Shown piece by piece: positions 36,441 to 45,535 of a stretch of 64,000 bases of DNA. The stretch covers positions 113,492 to 177,491 of the forward strand of contig CAZBGZ010000002.1 of assembly GCA_964491925.1 (NCBI GenBank). The letters run 5' to 3'. The notes beneath the pieces are model-generated. The model did no database searches. It was not told where the DNA came from and saw only the letters and a list, made by a program, of their open reading frames with translations. The position numbers were made by a program, and so were the translations under genes. The stretch's first letter is position 1. Each line of letters begins with the position of its first letter. Origin of the DNA: an uncultured Candidatus Saccharibacteria bacterium (GTDB lineage Bacteria > Patescibacteriota > Saccharimonadia > Saccharimonadales > JAGQNJ01).

Positions 36441-37091
36441 TTATCTTACCTGTATAATAAACAGTAGCACGAAAGCTATGCCGTTTTTCAACATATGAAG
36501 CATGATAGACGCGCCAAGCCCTCCAGTTTTCTCTCGAAGATATATTAAAACCAACGATAAAGCGAATGTATCTATTGCCGCTACCCATAAAAGTGGTGCG
36601 CCACTGCCGAACTGGAGGTGAGCCAAAGCAAACATCGCACTAGTTATGATTACGGACGGCCAAAGTGAGAGCTTTGTTTTTAACCCTGTATATAAAAATC
36701 CTCTGGCAAGTATTTCTTCGACTATTGGAGGCAAAACTACTAAGCTCATGAACACCAAAATTAGCTCCCATCCTTGCTGAGCTGACTCGAAACCAATTTT
36801 TTGATTTTGGGCAAAGTTTATATCTGGGAAAATCGTCTTAACTATTATTGTAATAATAAGGTATAGCAAAAAATACACGCCGAAACCGGCAACTGCGTAG
36901 CCTGCATCTTTTAATCTAGGCCGTACTAGGCCAATAAATCCGAATTTGACATCTTTAACTCGCAGAAAAACCCACACCGTTAGAAGCACTGTGCTTTCGA
37001 TTAGAAGGATAAATATGAACTGTCCCACTGCGGTTTTAAGCCATGATTGAATGTCGCCAGTATTCCAACCAATTAGTAAAGGCAGCGTCAA
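36441..37091 (-). CDS. CPBP family intramembrane glutamic endopeptidase (CAAX protease/Abi)
   Basis: 216 aa from a TTG start. 'PIVEEILARGFLYTGL' (EExxxR) and 'AMFALAHLQ'. The frame stays open upstream to 37244 without a canonical start. Confidence 0.75.
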   Translation of the reverse strand: MTLPLLIGWNTGDIQSWLKTAVGQFIFILLIESTVLLTVWVFLRVKDVKFGFIGLVRPRLKDAGYAVAGFGVYFLLYLIITIIVKTIFPDINFAQNQKIGFESAQQGWELILVFMSLVVLPPIVEEILARGFLYTGLKTKLSLWPSVIITSAMFALAHLQFGSGAPLLWVAAIDTFALSLVLIYLREKTGGLGASIMLHMLKNGIAFVLLFIIQVR

Positions 37092-37225
37092 AACCAGAAA
37101 ACTAGAGATAATTTGCGAGCCAAGATAAGTAGTGATTGTCAGTGCTACGGTTTGAATGGGTGTCCAGAAAGTCTTTTTATTTGTGGATCCTTCTGATAAG
37201 GTTATGGAAGGTTTTTCGGTGCTAC

Positions 37226-38359
37226 TCAGAAAAACCTCCTTACATCAATAACTGTTATCAAAAGAAATAGCCCCATCAGCGCTATAAAACCAGCACCGTG
37301 TATCCGTTCTTCGACTTCTTTAGTCAGTTTTTTATGTCGTACTCTGTATAAAAGTGTCACAAAAAGCCTACCTCCGTCTAGTGCTGGAATGGGCAGTATG
37401 TTCATTATTGCCAATGTCAGCGAAATAATCGCAATGATCATTAGTATAAATCGGAAACCAAGCGTAGCCCCGTCCTTAATTACGACGAATATCCCCACCG
37501 GGCCTGAAACCTGGTCTGCGGCCTTTGCTCCATTACCCTGAAACACATTACCTATCGCTGTTCCTATCCCCTGCAATGTCAGTTTTGTAAATTGCGCGGC
37601 AGTACCCACTGCCACAATAGGCGCTGACCAAGTAGAGCGCCTAACGGAATACTCTGTCGGGACAATTCCCAGATAGCCCTTTGGTTGATCTGTTTTCTTA
37701 GAATCTTCGACTTCATTTCTGCTACGTAATCCTATGTCATTTATGGTGTGTTCTTTACCATCACGACTGTATTTGACACCTATTTTGAGTCCCTCAAATG
37801 CATGAGTCAGATGAGTAAGGTCCTGCGGAGATTGCACAGCATCACAATATGGAGTTGAGCAAGCAGGAGCATGGATTGCAATTAACTGATCACGCACCTT
37901 TAAACCAGCTCGCTCAGCGGGTGAGCCGGGTTCAACATAGGCAATAAGTATATTTTGCTGAACCGTTTTAGTATCTGACGGCACGGAAAATTGATTATCG
38001 ACTAACTTTGGCATTCCAATCACTGCAAGTAGTGTCAAGATACCGAGCGCCGTGGCAAGATTCATCGCTACACCAGCCGTCATGATTTTTACCTTATCTT
38101 TGAGTGATGCAGCCCCATAACTACCAGGTGTAGTGTCTGAATCATGCTCCCCCTTTAGCTTGACGAACCCCCCTAGCGGCAACAGATTAATGCTCAGTAG
38201 CATCTTACTTTTTAGTCTTTTGCTCCATACTTTAGGAGGAAATCCTAACCCGAATTCTTCAACCTCTACTCCCGCTCGTCTAGCGGCTTTGTAGTGGCCC
38301 CATTCGTGCACAATTACTAGACAAACAAATAAAACTAGCCCCAAAATTAATAATGTCAT
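37226..38359 (-). CDS. rseP: RIP metalloprotease RseP (M50 site-2 protease) with PDZ domain
   Basis: 377 aa. 'VIVHEWGHYKAARRAGV' (HExxH), a PDZ domain 'GSPAERAGLKVRDQLIAI' and 'NILPIPALDGGRL'. Confidence 0.9.
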   Translation of the reverse strand: MTLLILGLVLFVCLVIVHEWGHYKAARRAGVEVEEFGLGFPPKVWSKRLKSKMLLSINLLPLGGFVKLKGEHDSDTTPGSYGAASLKDKVKIMTAGVAMNLATALGILTLLAVIGMPKLVDNQFSVPSDTKTVQQNILIAYVEPGSPAERAGLKVRDQLIAIHAPACSTPYCDAVQSPQDLTHLTHAFEGLKIGVKYSRDGKEHTINDIGLRSRNEVEDSKKTDQPKGYLGIVPTEYSVRRSTWSAPIVAVGTAAQFTKLTLQGIGTAIGNVFQGNGAKAADQVSGPVGIFVVIKDGATLGFRFILMIIAIISLTLAIMNILPIPALDGGRLFVTLLYRVRHKKLTKEVEERIHGAGFIALMGLFLLITVIDVRRFF

Positions 38360-38370
38360 ATTATCGTAGC

Positions 38371-39063
38371 CTACTTTCCATGTCGTCTTTTACGTTTTTT
38401 ATATTCTTCAATAACATCATCCAGGTCCTTTGCACAGAAATCCGGCCAACATTTATCCAAAAACATTAATTCGGCATATTCCGACTGCCACATCATAAAC
38501 CCGCTTAAACGTTTCTCCCCAGAAGTCCTAATAATCATATCCAATGGCGGAAGATTTTTTGAATACAAATATTGTTCGAACTTTCCAGGGGTCAGAGTCT
38601 TTATTTCGTTAGCTGGGACTGTTTTTATTGCATCTATAATCTCCATTTTCCCGCCGTAATTAAAACATAGTGCGACAGTTCCATTCGTATTTTGCGAGGT
38701 TTTTTCAATTGTCCTATCTAGCGCTTTGATCACTTTACCGTCCAAACCTTCTCTACTGCCTAAAACTAAAATTTTTATTCCTTTTTCGTTAAATACATCC
38801 AGATATTTTTCCACGACCCTCAATACTAACATCATAAGATAGGATACTTCTTCCTGTGCTCGTTGCCAGTTCTCGGTCGAAAATACGAAAGCTGATACGA
38901 ACTGTATCTTGCGGTCAAAACACTCAAGAACTATCTCTCGGAATACTTCCGCCCCCTGCTTATGCCCTTCAAGGGTCGGAAGCCCGTGTTGTTTTGCCCA
39001 TCGGCGATTTCCGTCAAGTATAATTCCTAAATGGACTGGTGGTGGGTTATTTTCTGTCATCAA
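38371..39063 (-). CDS. uppS: isoprenyl transferase (undecaprenyl-diphosphate synthase)
   Basis: 230 aa. 'HLGIILDGNRRWAK', 'FSTENWQR' and 'IRTSGEKRLSGFMMWQSEYAEL'. Confidence 0.95.
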   Translation of the reverse strand: MMTENNPPPVHLGIILDGNRRWAKQHGLPTLEGHKQGAEVFREIVLECFDRKIQFVSAFVFSTENWQRAQEEVSYLMMLVLRVVEKYLDVFNEKGIKILVLGSREGLDGKVIKALDRTIEKTSQNTNGTVALCFNYGGKMEIIDAIKTVPANEIKTLTPGKFEQYLYSKNLPPLDMIIRTSGEKRLSGFMMWQSEYAELMFLDKCWPDFCAKDLDDVIEEYKKRKRRHGK

Positions 39064-39104
39064 TACTCACTATTGTATCAGTAATATCCGTGCCTGCTGC
39101 TCCA

Positions 39105-39668
39105 CTAAACAGTCATTATCTCTTTTTCTTTTGCTTGCGCTAAAGCATCTATTTTTGTTTTGAATTCGTGAATCGCTTCATCTAGTTGTTTTTCGAAACG
39201 GCTAAAGTCGTCCTCGCCGATATCCTTGCCCTTTTTTAGTTTTTCAGCACTCTCTCGGGCTTCGTGTCGAATATTACGCATACGAATCATTGATTCCTCA
39301 GTTTTTGTGCCGAGTTGTTTTACTATTTCGCGCCTTCTTTCCTCTGTTAAAGGCGGTATAGGCAGTCTAATTATTCGTCCATCATCGGTCGGGTTGAGCC
39401 CCAAACTCTGATTGTCTCTTATTGACTGAGTGATGACCTGCAGGTTGTTTGGGTCGAAAGGAGTCAGCTGCAACATCTGTGACTCCGGGACAGTAATACT
39501 GGCGACTTGATTTAACGGAGTTGGAACGCCATATGCTTCTACCATAACCCCATCAAGCATTCCGGGGTTAGCTCTACCGGTACGCATTTTTTTTAGTTCA
39601 TTTTCTAAGTGTTCGACGTTTTTATTGAGATTATCTTGAGCTGTCTTCATTAAATCGTTTGTACTCAT
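39105..39668 (-). CDS. frr: ribosome recycling factor
   Basis: The RRF pattern 'RTGRANPGMLDGVMVEAYG...PLNQVASI' is present. I chose the start at ATG 39668, preceded by 'AAAAGGAAGTAGT'. The track start at 39689 adds 7 aa. Confidence 0.9.
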   Translation of the reverse strand: MSTNDLMKTAQDNLNKNVEHLENELKKMRTGRANPGMLDGVMVEAYGVPTPLNQVASITVPESQMLQLTPFDPNNLQVITQSIRDNQSLGLNPTDDGRIIRLPIPPLTEERRREIVKQLGTKTEESMIRMRNIRHEARESAEKLKKGKDIGEDDFSRFEKQLDEAIHEFKTKIDALAQAKEKEIMTV

Positions 39669-39748
39669 ACTACTTCCTTTTCTGGGCACTAGTTACATCA
39701 CTTAGTATATCAAACCTGGAGATGTGATATGCGGCCTCTTCTCAGCGA

Positions 39749-40345
39749 TTATTCTACTTCGCCCAGTTGCATGCGAGCAAAACGTCTAACAACGATGTTT
39801 TCACCCAACTTTGCCATCTGCTCCTTGATGTACTGATCCACAGTAATGTCTGGGTTTTTAACATAAGGTTGCTGCAGTAAACATCGCTCACCAAAATGCT
39901 TCTTTACCATTCCCTCAACTATTTTTTCAATCATTTCAGCTGGTTTTCCGTCTGTTTTTGCCTTTTCCGAAAATTCAGTTTCAATTTTTGTTTTTTCTTC
40001 TTCGGGAACGTGATCTACAGAAGTGAATTGCGGTGCTGAAGCAGCGACATGCATGGCGATGTCTTTGACTAGTCCTGTAAAAATTTCGTTTCTAGCAACA
40101 AAGTCGGTCTCGCAGTTTACTTCCACCAATACTCCGATGCGATTGTCGTGGTTATAAGTCCCAATAAGTCCGGCTCTAGCCTCTCGCTCTCCGCGCTTTT
40201 CAGCCTTTGTTAGACCTTTTTTGCGCATAGCAGCCAGAGCAGTGTCGAAGTCGCCCTTAGCCTCTTCTATGGCCTTTTTTGCATCAGTTAGGCCAACCCC
40301 TGTTAGGTTTTTTAGCCGCTTAACATCCTCTAGAGAAACCGTCAT
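39749..40345 (-). CDS. tsf: translation elongation factor Ts (short form)
   Basis: 198 aa. 'VKRLKNLTGVGLTDAKKAIEEAKGDFDTALAAMRKKG' and 'VEVNCETDFVARN'. Confidence 0.9.
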   Translation of the reverse strand: MTVSLEDVKRLKNLTGVGLTDAKKAIEEAKGDFDTALAAMRKKGLTKAEKRGEREARAGLIGTYNHDNRIGVLVEVNCETDFVARNEIFTGLVKDIAMHVAASAPQFTSVDHVPEEEKTKIETEFSEKAKTDGKPAEMIEKIVEGMVKKHFGERCLLQQPYVKNPDITVDQYIKEQMAKLGENIVVRRFARMQLGEVE

Positions 40346-40346
40346 C

Positions 40347-41072
40347 TTATTTTTCCTCCTCTTTCTCAGGTGCTTGTTTTTGTTTAGCTTTGCCAGATAA
40401 AATTGCCTGCTCTATATAATCAGCTACTAGCTGTAGAGCTTTAATTGCATCATCATTACACGGTACTGGGTAGTTTATGTTGGTGGGGTCTGCATTAGTG
40501 TCAACCAAAGCTACCACTGGAATGTTTAACTTTTGGGCTTCTTTAACTGCGTTTGAATCATGTAGGATATCAAATACCAAAACAGCCCCTGGCCGTGCAA
40601 CCATATTTTTTATGCCACCGTACTGGTGATTCATAGCTTCGATTTCTTCCTGATAACGCTGTAATTCTAATTTGTTATATTTTGCAGACAGTTCACCAGA
40701 CTCCATTTTTGCTTCTAAATCTTTAAGATGTTTTACGCGACCACTAATAGTCTTCTGATTAGTCAACATTCCACCTAGCCAACGGTTAACAACAAATGGC
40801 ATGTCTGTTTTCTCAGCCAAGTTCAACGCTATAGCTTTGGATTGTCTTTTTGTGCCAACAATCAGAATCTGTTTGCCGGACGCAGATGACTTTTCTAAGA
40901 ACTCTAACGCTTCTTTTAGCTTCACAACGGTTTGCGTTAGATCAATTATGTGACTACCATTTTTCTTACTATGTATATATTGGGCCATTTTTGGATGCCA
41001 ACGGCTAGTCTTGTGCCCAAAATGTGCCCCAGACTCTAGTAACTTTTTTATATCTACATCAACTGTAGCCAT
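40347..41072 (-). CDS. rpsB: 30S ribosomal protein S2
   Basis: 241 aa. 'LLESGAHFGHKTSRWHPKM' and 'ILIVGTKRQ', in the rpsB-tsf-frr-uppS gene order. Confidence 0.95.
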   Translation of the reverse strand: MATVDVDIKKLLESGAHFGHKTSRWHPKMAQYIHSKKNGSHIIDLTQTVVKLKEALEFLEKSSASGKQILIVGTKRQSKAIALNLAEKTDMPFVVNRWLGGMLTNQKTISGRVKHLKDLEAKMESGELSAKYNKLELQRYQEEIEAMNHQYGGIKNMVARPGAVLVFDILHDSNAVKEAQKLNIPVVALVDTNADPTNINYPVPCNDDAIKALQLVADYIEQAILSGKAKQKQAPEKEEEK

Positions 41073-41175
41073 TATTTTGATCCTTCTTTCTTCGGTAGAG
41101 CTTTCTCGGAAACGTACCTACACGGTAATCGCCCAAGAGGATTCGTCGCTCTCCTGTTATTAATATTACCCAACA

Positions 41176-41204
41176 ACTATAACAGATAGGCCTGACTAAA
41201 GCAA
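41176..41204 (-). promoter_or_regulatory. candidate sigma-70-type promoter for rpsB
   Basis: The minus strand reads TTGCTT (41204-41199), a 17-nt spacer and TATAGT (41181-41176). This would give a ~95-nt leader containing an AGAGC...GCTCT stem. Confidence 0.4.
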
Positions 41205-41211
41205 CGTAAGA

Positions 41212-41240
41212 TTGACTCGAGGCCAACAGATGTGTATACT
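41212..41240 (+). promoter_or_regulatory. candidate sigma-70-type promoter for rpmE, back to back with the rpsB promoter
   Basis: TTGACT (41212-41217), a 17-nt spacer and TATACT (41235-41240). Only 11 nt separate the -10 box from ATG 41252, and no Shine-Dalgarno sequence is visible. Confidence 0.45.
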
Positions 41241-41251
41241 TACCTTCTGTT

Positions 41252-41617
41252 ATGAAAAAAGATGTTCACCCAAACAATTATCGCCCAGTTGTGTTTCAAG
41301 ACCTCAATGACAACACATCTTTTTTAACACGCTCTACCGTCGCGACAACCGAGACTATAAAATGGGAAGACGGCAATGAATACCCATTAGTAAAAGTTCA
41401 TATTAGTAGTAGCTCCCATCCTTTCTACACTGGTCAAGAAAAGCTAATGGATATAGAAGGTCGCGTTGATAAGTTCAAGGCACGTGCACTAGCCGCAGAA
41501 AAAGCCCGCGAAGCACGCACATCAGCGGCAAAGAAAAAATCGACAGTAAAAGCTGCTAAAGACGAAAAAAAGGCCGCAAAAGTCGAAGCCTCAAAACCAG
41601 TCACTGCTGATAAATAA
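41252..41617 (+). CDS. rpmE: 50S ribosomal protein L31, type B (no CxxC), with Lys/Ala-rich C-terminal extension
   Basis: 121 aa. '[15 protein letters not shown]' and '[17 protein letters not shown]'. There are no zinc-binding Cys pairs. A ~40-aa A/K-rich tail follows. Confidence 0.85.
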   Translation: MKKDVHPNNYRPVVFQDLNDNTSFLTRSTVATTETIKWEDGNEYPLVKVHISSSSHPFYTGQEKLMDIEGRVDKFKARALAAEKAREARTSAAKKKSTVKAAKDEKKAAKVEASKPVTADK

Positions 41618-41633
41618 CTACGAATCATTCAAA

Positions 41634-41670
41634 ACCATCTGTTTTTAAGACAAACAGGTGGTTTTTCTTT
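41634..41670 (+). terminator. intrinsic terminator after rpmE
   Basis: ACCATCTGTTT (41634-41644) pairs with AAACAGGTGGT (41652-41662), giving 11 bp including one G-U. TTTTTCTTT follows. Confidence 0.7.
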
Positions 41671-41689
41671 ATACTAAGAAGGAAAATTT

Positions 41690-42745
41690 ATGACAAACGA
41701 AACAGATTTACGAAACGAACTCGCCAGGATTCAAAAAAAATTGGAAGATCCTGCTATTTATAGCGATTCCTCCTACCCAACGCTAGCCAAGCGCCAAAGC
41801 GAACTAGAGCAAATAATTGGTTTATTTAACGAGAGAAAGCAATTAGAAAAAGCCAAAGAGCAGGCTCAGCCCCTGCTAGGCGAATCAGATAGCGACATGG
41901 CCGCACTAGCCCGTGCAGAGATCTATGAAACTGAGACAAAGCTCTCAGTTCTGAATTCTGAGCTTTCGGCATTACTTATCCCTAAAGACCCGAACGACGA
42001 GCGAAACGCTATTATCGAAATACGGGCGGCGGCTGGTGGCGATGAAGCCAGCTTATTCGCAGGTGATTTGTATAGAATGTACCTGCGATGGGCCGAAAGA
42101 AATAATCTTAAAACTGAATTAATCAGCGAGAGTAGCAACGAAACCGGTGGATACAAAGAAGTAATTTTCGAAGTAAAAGGTGAAAATGTCTATAAACAGC
42201 TAAAGTTTGAAGCCGGCGTTCACCGAGTGCAACGAGTGCCAACAACGGAGAGTCAAGGTCGAATCCACACGTCTACGGTCACAGTGGCGGTGATGCCGGA
42301 GGCCGAAGAAACTGATGTAGAAATTAATCCGGCTGATCTTCGGATAGACACATTCAGGGCTTCGGGGCATGGTGGACAGTCAGTCAACACGACTGACTCA
42401 GCAATTCGCATTACGCACTTGCCCACTGGGCTGGTCGTTGCCAATCAAGACGAAAAATCTCAAATCAAAAATAAAGCTAAAGCAATGGGCGTACTTCGAT
42501 CACGTCTATTGCAGCTGAAAATTGAGGAAGCAAACGCCAAAGAATCCGAAAAACGAAAATCTTTAATCGGCACTGGCGATCGAAGCGAGAAAATCAGAAC
42601 CTATAACTTTCCTCAGGACCGAATTACAGACCATCGAATTGGATACTCACGAAGTAATGTCCCAGCCGCTCTGAGTGGTGATATAGATGACATTTTACAA
42701 GCATTAGGAAATTATGATAGACAACTACAAACTGATGCGACTTGA
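41690..42745 (+). CDS. prfA: peptide chain release factor 1
   Basis: 351 aa. '[20 protein letters not shown]' (PxT motif) and '[25 protein letters not shown]'. Confidence 0.95.
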   Translation: MTNETDLRNELARIQKKLEDPAIYSDSSYPTLAKRQSELEQIIGLFNERKQLEKAKEQAQPLLGESDSDMAALARAEIYETETKLSVLNSELSALLIPKDPNDERNAIIEIRAAAGGDEASLFAGDLYRMYLRWAERNNLKTELISESSNETGGYKEVIFEVKGENVYKQLKFEAGVHRVQRVPTTESQGRIHTSTVTVAVMPEAEETDVEINPADLRIDTFRASGHGGQSVNTTDSAIRITHLPTGLVVANQDEKSQIKNKAKAMGVLRSRLLQLKIEEANAKESEKRKSLIGTGDRSEKIRTYNFPQDRITDHRIGYSRSNVPAALSGDIDDILQALGNYDRQLQTDAT

Positions 42746-43544
42746 TTCATGGCTCGATTTAGCACAAGCAAGCCTAAAATCAGCGGGCATATCATCAGCA
42801 AGACTCGATAGTGAGCTTATTGCTGCCTTCGTCATCAGCAAAACTCGAATATGGATTCACTCGCACCCAGAATACCAACCGACTATTGATCAACAGAAAA
42901 CCTTATCTGATCTCCTCAAACGTCGCAAGGCGAATGAGCCAATCGCATATATTCTGGGTGAAAAAGAATTCTATAATCGTAGTTTTTGCATCAATAAAAG
43001 CGTTCTAGTCCCGAGGCCGGAATCAGAATCATTGGTGGAGCTAGCACTTACAATAAAAACTACAGATTTAAAACTTATTGACGTAGGAACTGGTAGTGGG
43101 GTTTTAGGGATTACAATTATTTTGGAACAACCAAAGTGGGGAGCACACCTAACTGATGTCTCGAATGATGCTCTCGTAGTCGCCACAATAAATGCGGCGC
43201 GTTACAAAGTCGAAAAGTTAGTAACAATACGCAAACAGAGCCTATTAAATAAAGACAAAAATGAATACGGTCTAGTTATAGCTAACCTTCCCTATGTACC
43301 AGACAATTTTCGCAACAATAATGATCTCCGTGCGGAGCCATCAATTTCTTTGTTCTCAGGGAGTGACGGTCTCGACTTGTACCGTGAATTTTTTGCTCAG
43401 ATTAAAGACCGTAAATTGAAACCTTTCAATATAATAACCGAGTCGCTAGTATCTCAGCATATTGAATTAGAAAAACTAGCTTCAAGAAGTAACTATCGCC
43501 TTCTATCGACAAAAGGCCTAGGTCAACATTTTGTGTTGGTTTAG
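42714..43544 (+). CDS. prmC: release factor glutamine N5-methyltransferase PrmC/HemK
   Basis: 276 aa. '[15 protein letters not shown]', motif I '[13 protein letters not shown]' and 'VIANLPYVP' (an NPPY variant). It lies downstream of prfA, and the alternative start at 42735 is possible. Confidence 0.85.
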   Translation: MIDNYKLMRLDSWLDLAQASLKSAGISSARLDSELIAAFVISKTRIWIHSHPEYQPTIDQQKTLSDLLKRRKANEPIAYILGEKEFYNRSFCINKSVLVPRPESESLVELALTIKTTDLKLIDVGTGSGVLGITIILEQPKWGAHLTDVSNDALVVATINAARYKVEKLVTIRKQSLLNKDKNEYGLVIANLPYVPDNFRNNNDLRAEPSISLFSGSDGLDLYREFFAQIKDRKLKPFNIITESLVSQHIELEKLASRSNYRLLSTKGLGQHFVLV

Positions 43545-44764
43545 TCCTGTGGTATTAACTCTAGCTTCAACTGAACAGTTTTTTCTTTGCCGTCTCTCAA
43601 GTATGTCACCGTAACTGTCTCTCCGACTGCAAATCTACTGACTACGGAGTTTAATGGAGTAGTTTGCGTGACTTTTTTGTCATTTATCTTTGTGATAATA
43701 TCGCCCGACTCCAACCCCGCTTTACTAGCTGGTGAGTTTGGTAAAATACTTGGCTGGCTATCCGATCCTTCGGGTATATAGGCGCCCTCCTTTGGGCTTT
43801 GTCTCAATTCTCTGGCATTGTCGGTTGTTAGTTGAATATATCGAACACCAACATACGGCCGTAACAACTTACCCTTTTCTATTACGCCTTTAATTAGTCC
43901 TTTTGCGTCATTTACAGGTATGGCGAATCCTATATTCTGTGCGTCCCCCGCAATTGCAGTGTTGATACCAATAACTTCTCCGTCAGAATTTACAAGTGGG
44001 CCTCCTGAATTACCTTGATTAATAGCAGCGTCTGTCTGGAACAAATTCTGGAGACTTTCGACGCCACTCTGTCCATCGCTGGCGTCCACGCTCCGTCCAT
44101 ATCCAGAAACAATCCCAGACGTTACAGTATTCTGAAATTGACCTAAAGCATTACCTATGGCTACCACCATGTCACCTACCCGCATATTATCCGAGTCTCC
44201 TATCTTAGCTGGAATCAGCTTCTTGCCCTTGGTATCTGTAATTTTTAAAAAAGCTACGTCAAGAGGATCTGTCTCGTTCGTCCTTCCGACAACTCGTACA
44301 TTCTCGAACACTGTACCATCTGACATTATTATGCTAATGTTCGTCGAACCATCGGGGACTACATGGCGGTTGGTTATTATGTAACCATCTTCACTAATTA
44401 TGAATCCTGTTCCAGCACTTTGCTCTGCAATTGACTGGCCCGAAAATGCATCTCTGGTACTACCTCCTGTGACGTTAACGGATACGACGCTCGGGCCCAC
44501 GTTTTTAGCAATAGAACTGATTAGTTCACTTTCTTCAGAAACAACCCGCTTAGCATTGGTCGTATTATTTGATTCTCCCCCGTCAAGCAAATATGCGCGC
44601 GCGCCCAACATTCCACCCGCAAAACCGACACTCAAAACTAGAAAAACACTAAATAATATTTTATAAACTTTTTGCTTGCTACTACCTCCAACTTGATTAT
44701 TTGGTCGAACGACAGAGTCGCCTAAATCAGAGTATATTTTATTATCGTTTTTCTTCTCATCCAT
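43541..44764 (-). CDS. htrA: HtrA/DegP-family S1C serine protease with PDZ domain
   Basis: 407 aa. N-terminal TM, 'ITNRHVV', 'DVAFLKI', 'GNSGGPLVN' and a C-terminal PDZ domain 'SPASKAGLESGDIITKIN'. Confidence 0.9.
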   Translation of the reverse strand: MDEKKNDNKIYSDLGDSVVRPNNQVGGSSKQKVYKILFSVFLVLSVGFAGGMLGARAYLLDGGESNNTTNAKRVVSEESELISSIAKNVGPSVVSVNVTGGSTRDAFSGQSIAEQSAGTGFIISEDGYIITNRHVVPDGSTNISIIMSDGTVFENVRVVGRTNETDPLDVAFLKITDTKGKKLIPAKIGDSDNMRVGDMVVAIGNALGQFQNTVTSGIVSGYGRSVDASDGQSGVESLQNLFQTDAAINQGNSGGPLVNSDGEVIGINTAIAGDAQNIGFAIPVNDAKGLIKGVIEKGKLLRPYVGVRYIQLTTDNARELRQSPKEGAYIPEGSDSQPSILPNSPASKAGLESGDIITKINDKKVTQTTPLNSVVSRFAVGETVTVTYLRDGKEKTVQLKLELIPQD

Positions 44765-44785
44765 TTCTTGACCCCCCTAATTCTT

Positions 44786-45535
44786 TTAAACTGTTTTATC
44801 TCCCCAAGAAGAAAAAACCAATACTACTATTGTTATGGCTACCATTATAAAAATGAACTGCTTCTGTATTAGGCTAGATAGTTTATCGTTTTTCTGTAAG
44901 TAGTACATGGTACCCAAGCCAAAACCAAATACACTAAGCAGTAAAGTAACCTGCGAAACAAGACCATAGTACAACAGCCAATGGCTTAGCACCCAAGCTA
45001 GAGCTGCTCCAAAATAGGCCCAAATATCAGACAAAAACCGTGTATAGGGCTCGTCAAAAGCACTAAAAAAGTGCCTAGCAGATACATAAGTCACAGCGCC
45101 AGTTCCTACTACTAATATATAGGTCTCCGGGCCACCACCGACTAGATACAAAGCCATCAGCCCGAATATTTGAGCTATTAAAGCCTGTATTGAAACCCCC
45201 AGAAGAGTTGCGCTCGGTTTAATGAGCAATAACCATGTCATATAAACAACAGTCCATATGATTTGCCATATTTGTGAGTTTGTTTGTGTCATGAAAAGAA
45301 CAATCGACACTCCGACTACAATATCTACCGCATTTGCCCTTATATATGCGAACCAGTGCCTCGGCCTAACAGCTAACACCCGCCACTTACTCAAAAGTAC
45401 TATACCAATCGCCAGTTGGGACAAATTTATTCTTACTAAAATATACGCAATTAACGGGAGTAGGATTGTAAGCACAAGATGTACTACATGTGAATAGCCA
45501 CTCGCAGGACGAATTCTTTTAATTACTTGTTTCAT
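44786..45535 (-). CDS. polytopic membrane protein, unknown function
   Basis: 249 aa with about 7 hydrophobic helices. It overlaps the upstream LCP gene by 17 nt. Confidence 0.55.
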   Translation of the reverse strand: MKQVIKRIRPASGYSHVVHLVLTILLPLIAYILVRINLSQLAIGIVLLSKWRVLAVRPRHWFAYIRANAVDIVVGVSIVLFMTQTNSQIWQIIWTVVYMTWLLLIKPSATLLGVSIQALIAQIFGLMALYLVGGGPETYILVVGTGAVTYVSARHFFSAFDEPYTRFLSDIWAYFGAALAWVLSHWLLYYGLVSQVTLLLSVFGFGLGTMYYLQKNDKLSSLIQKQFIFIMVAITIVVLVFSSWGDKTV

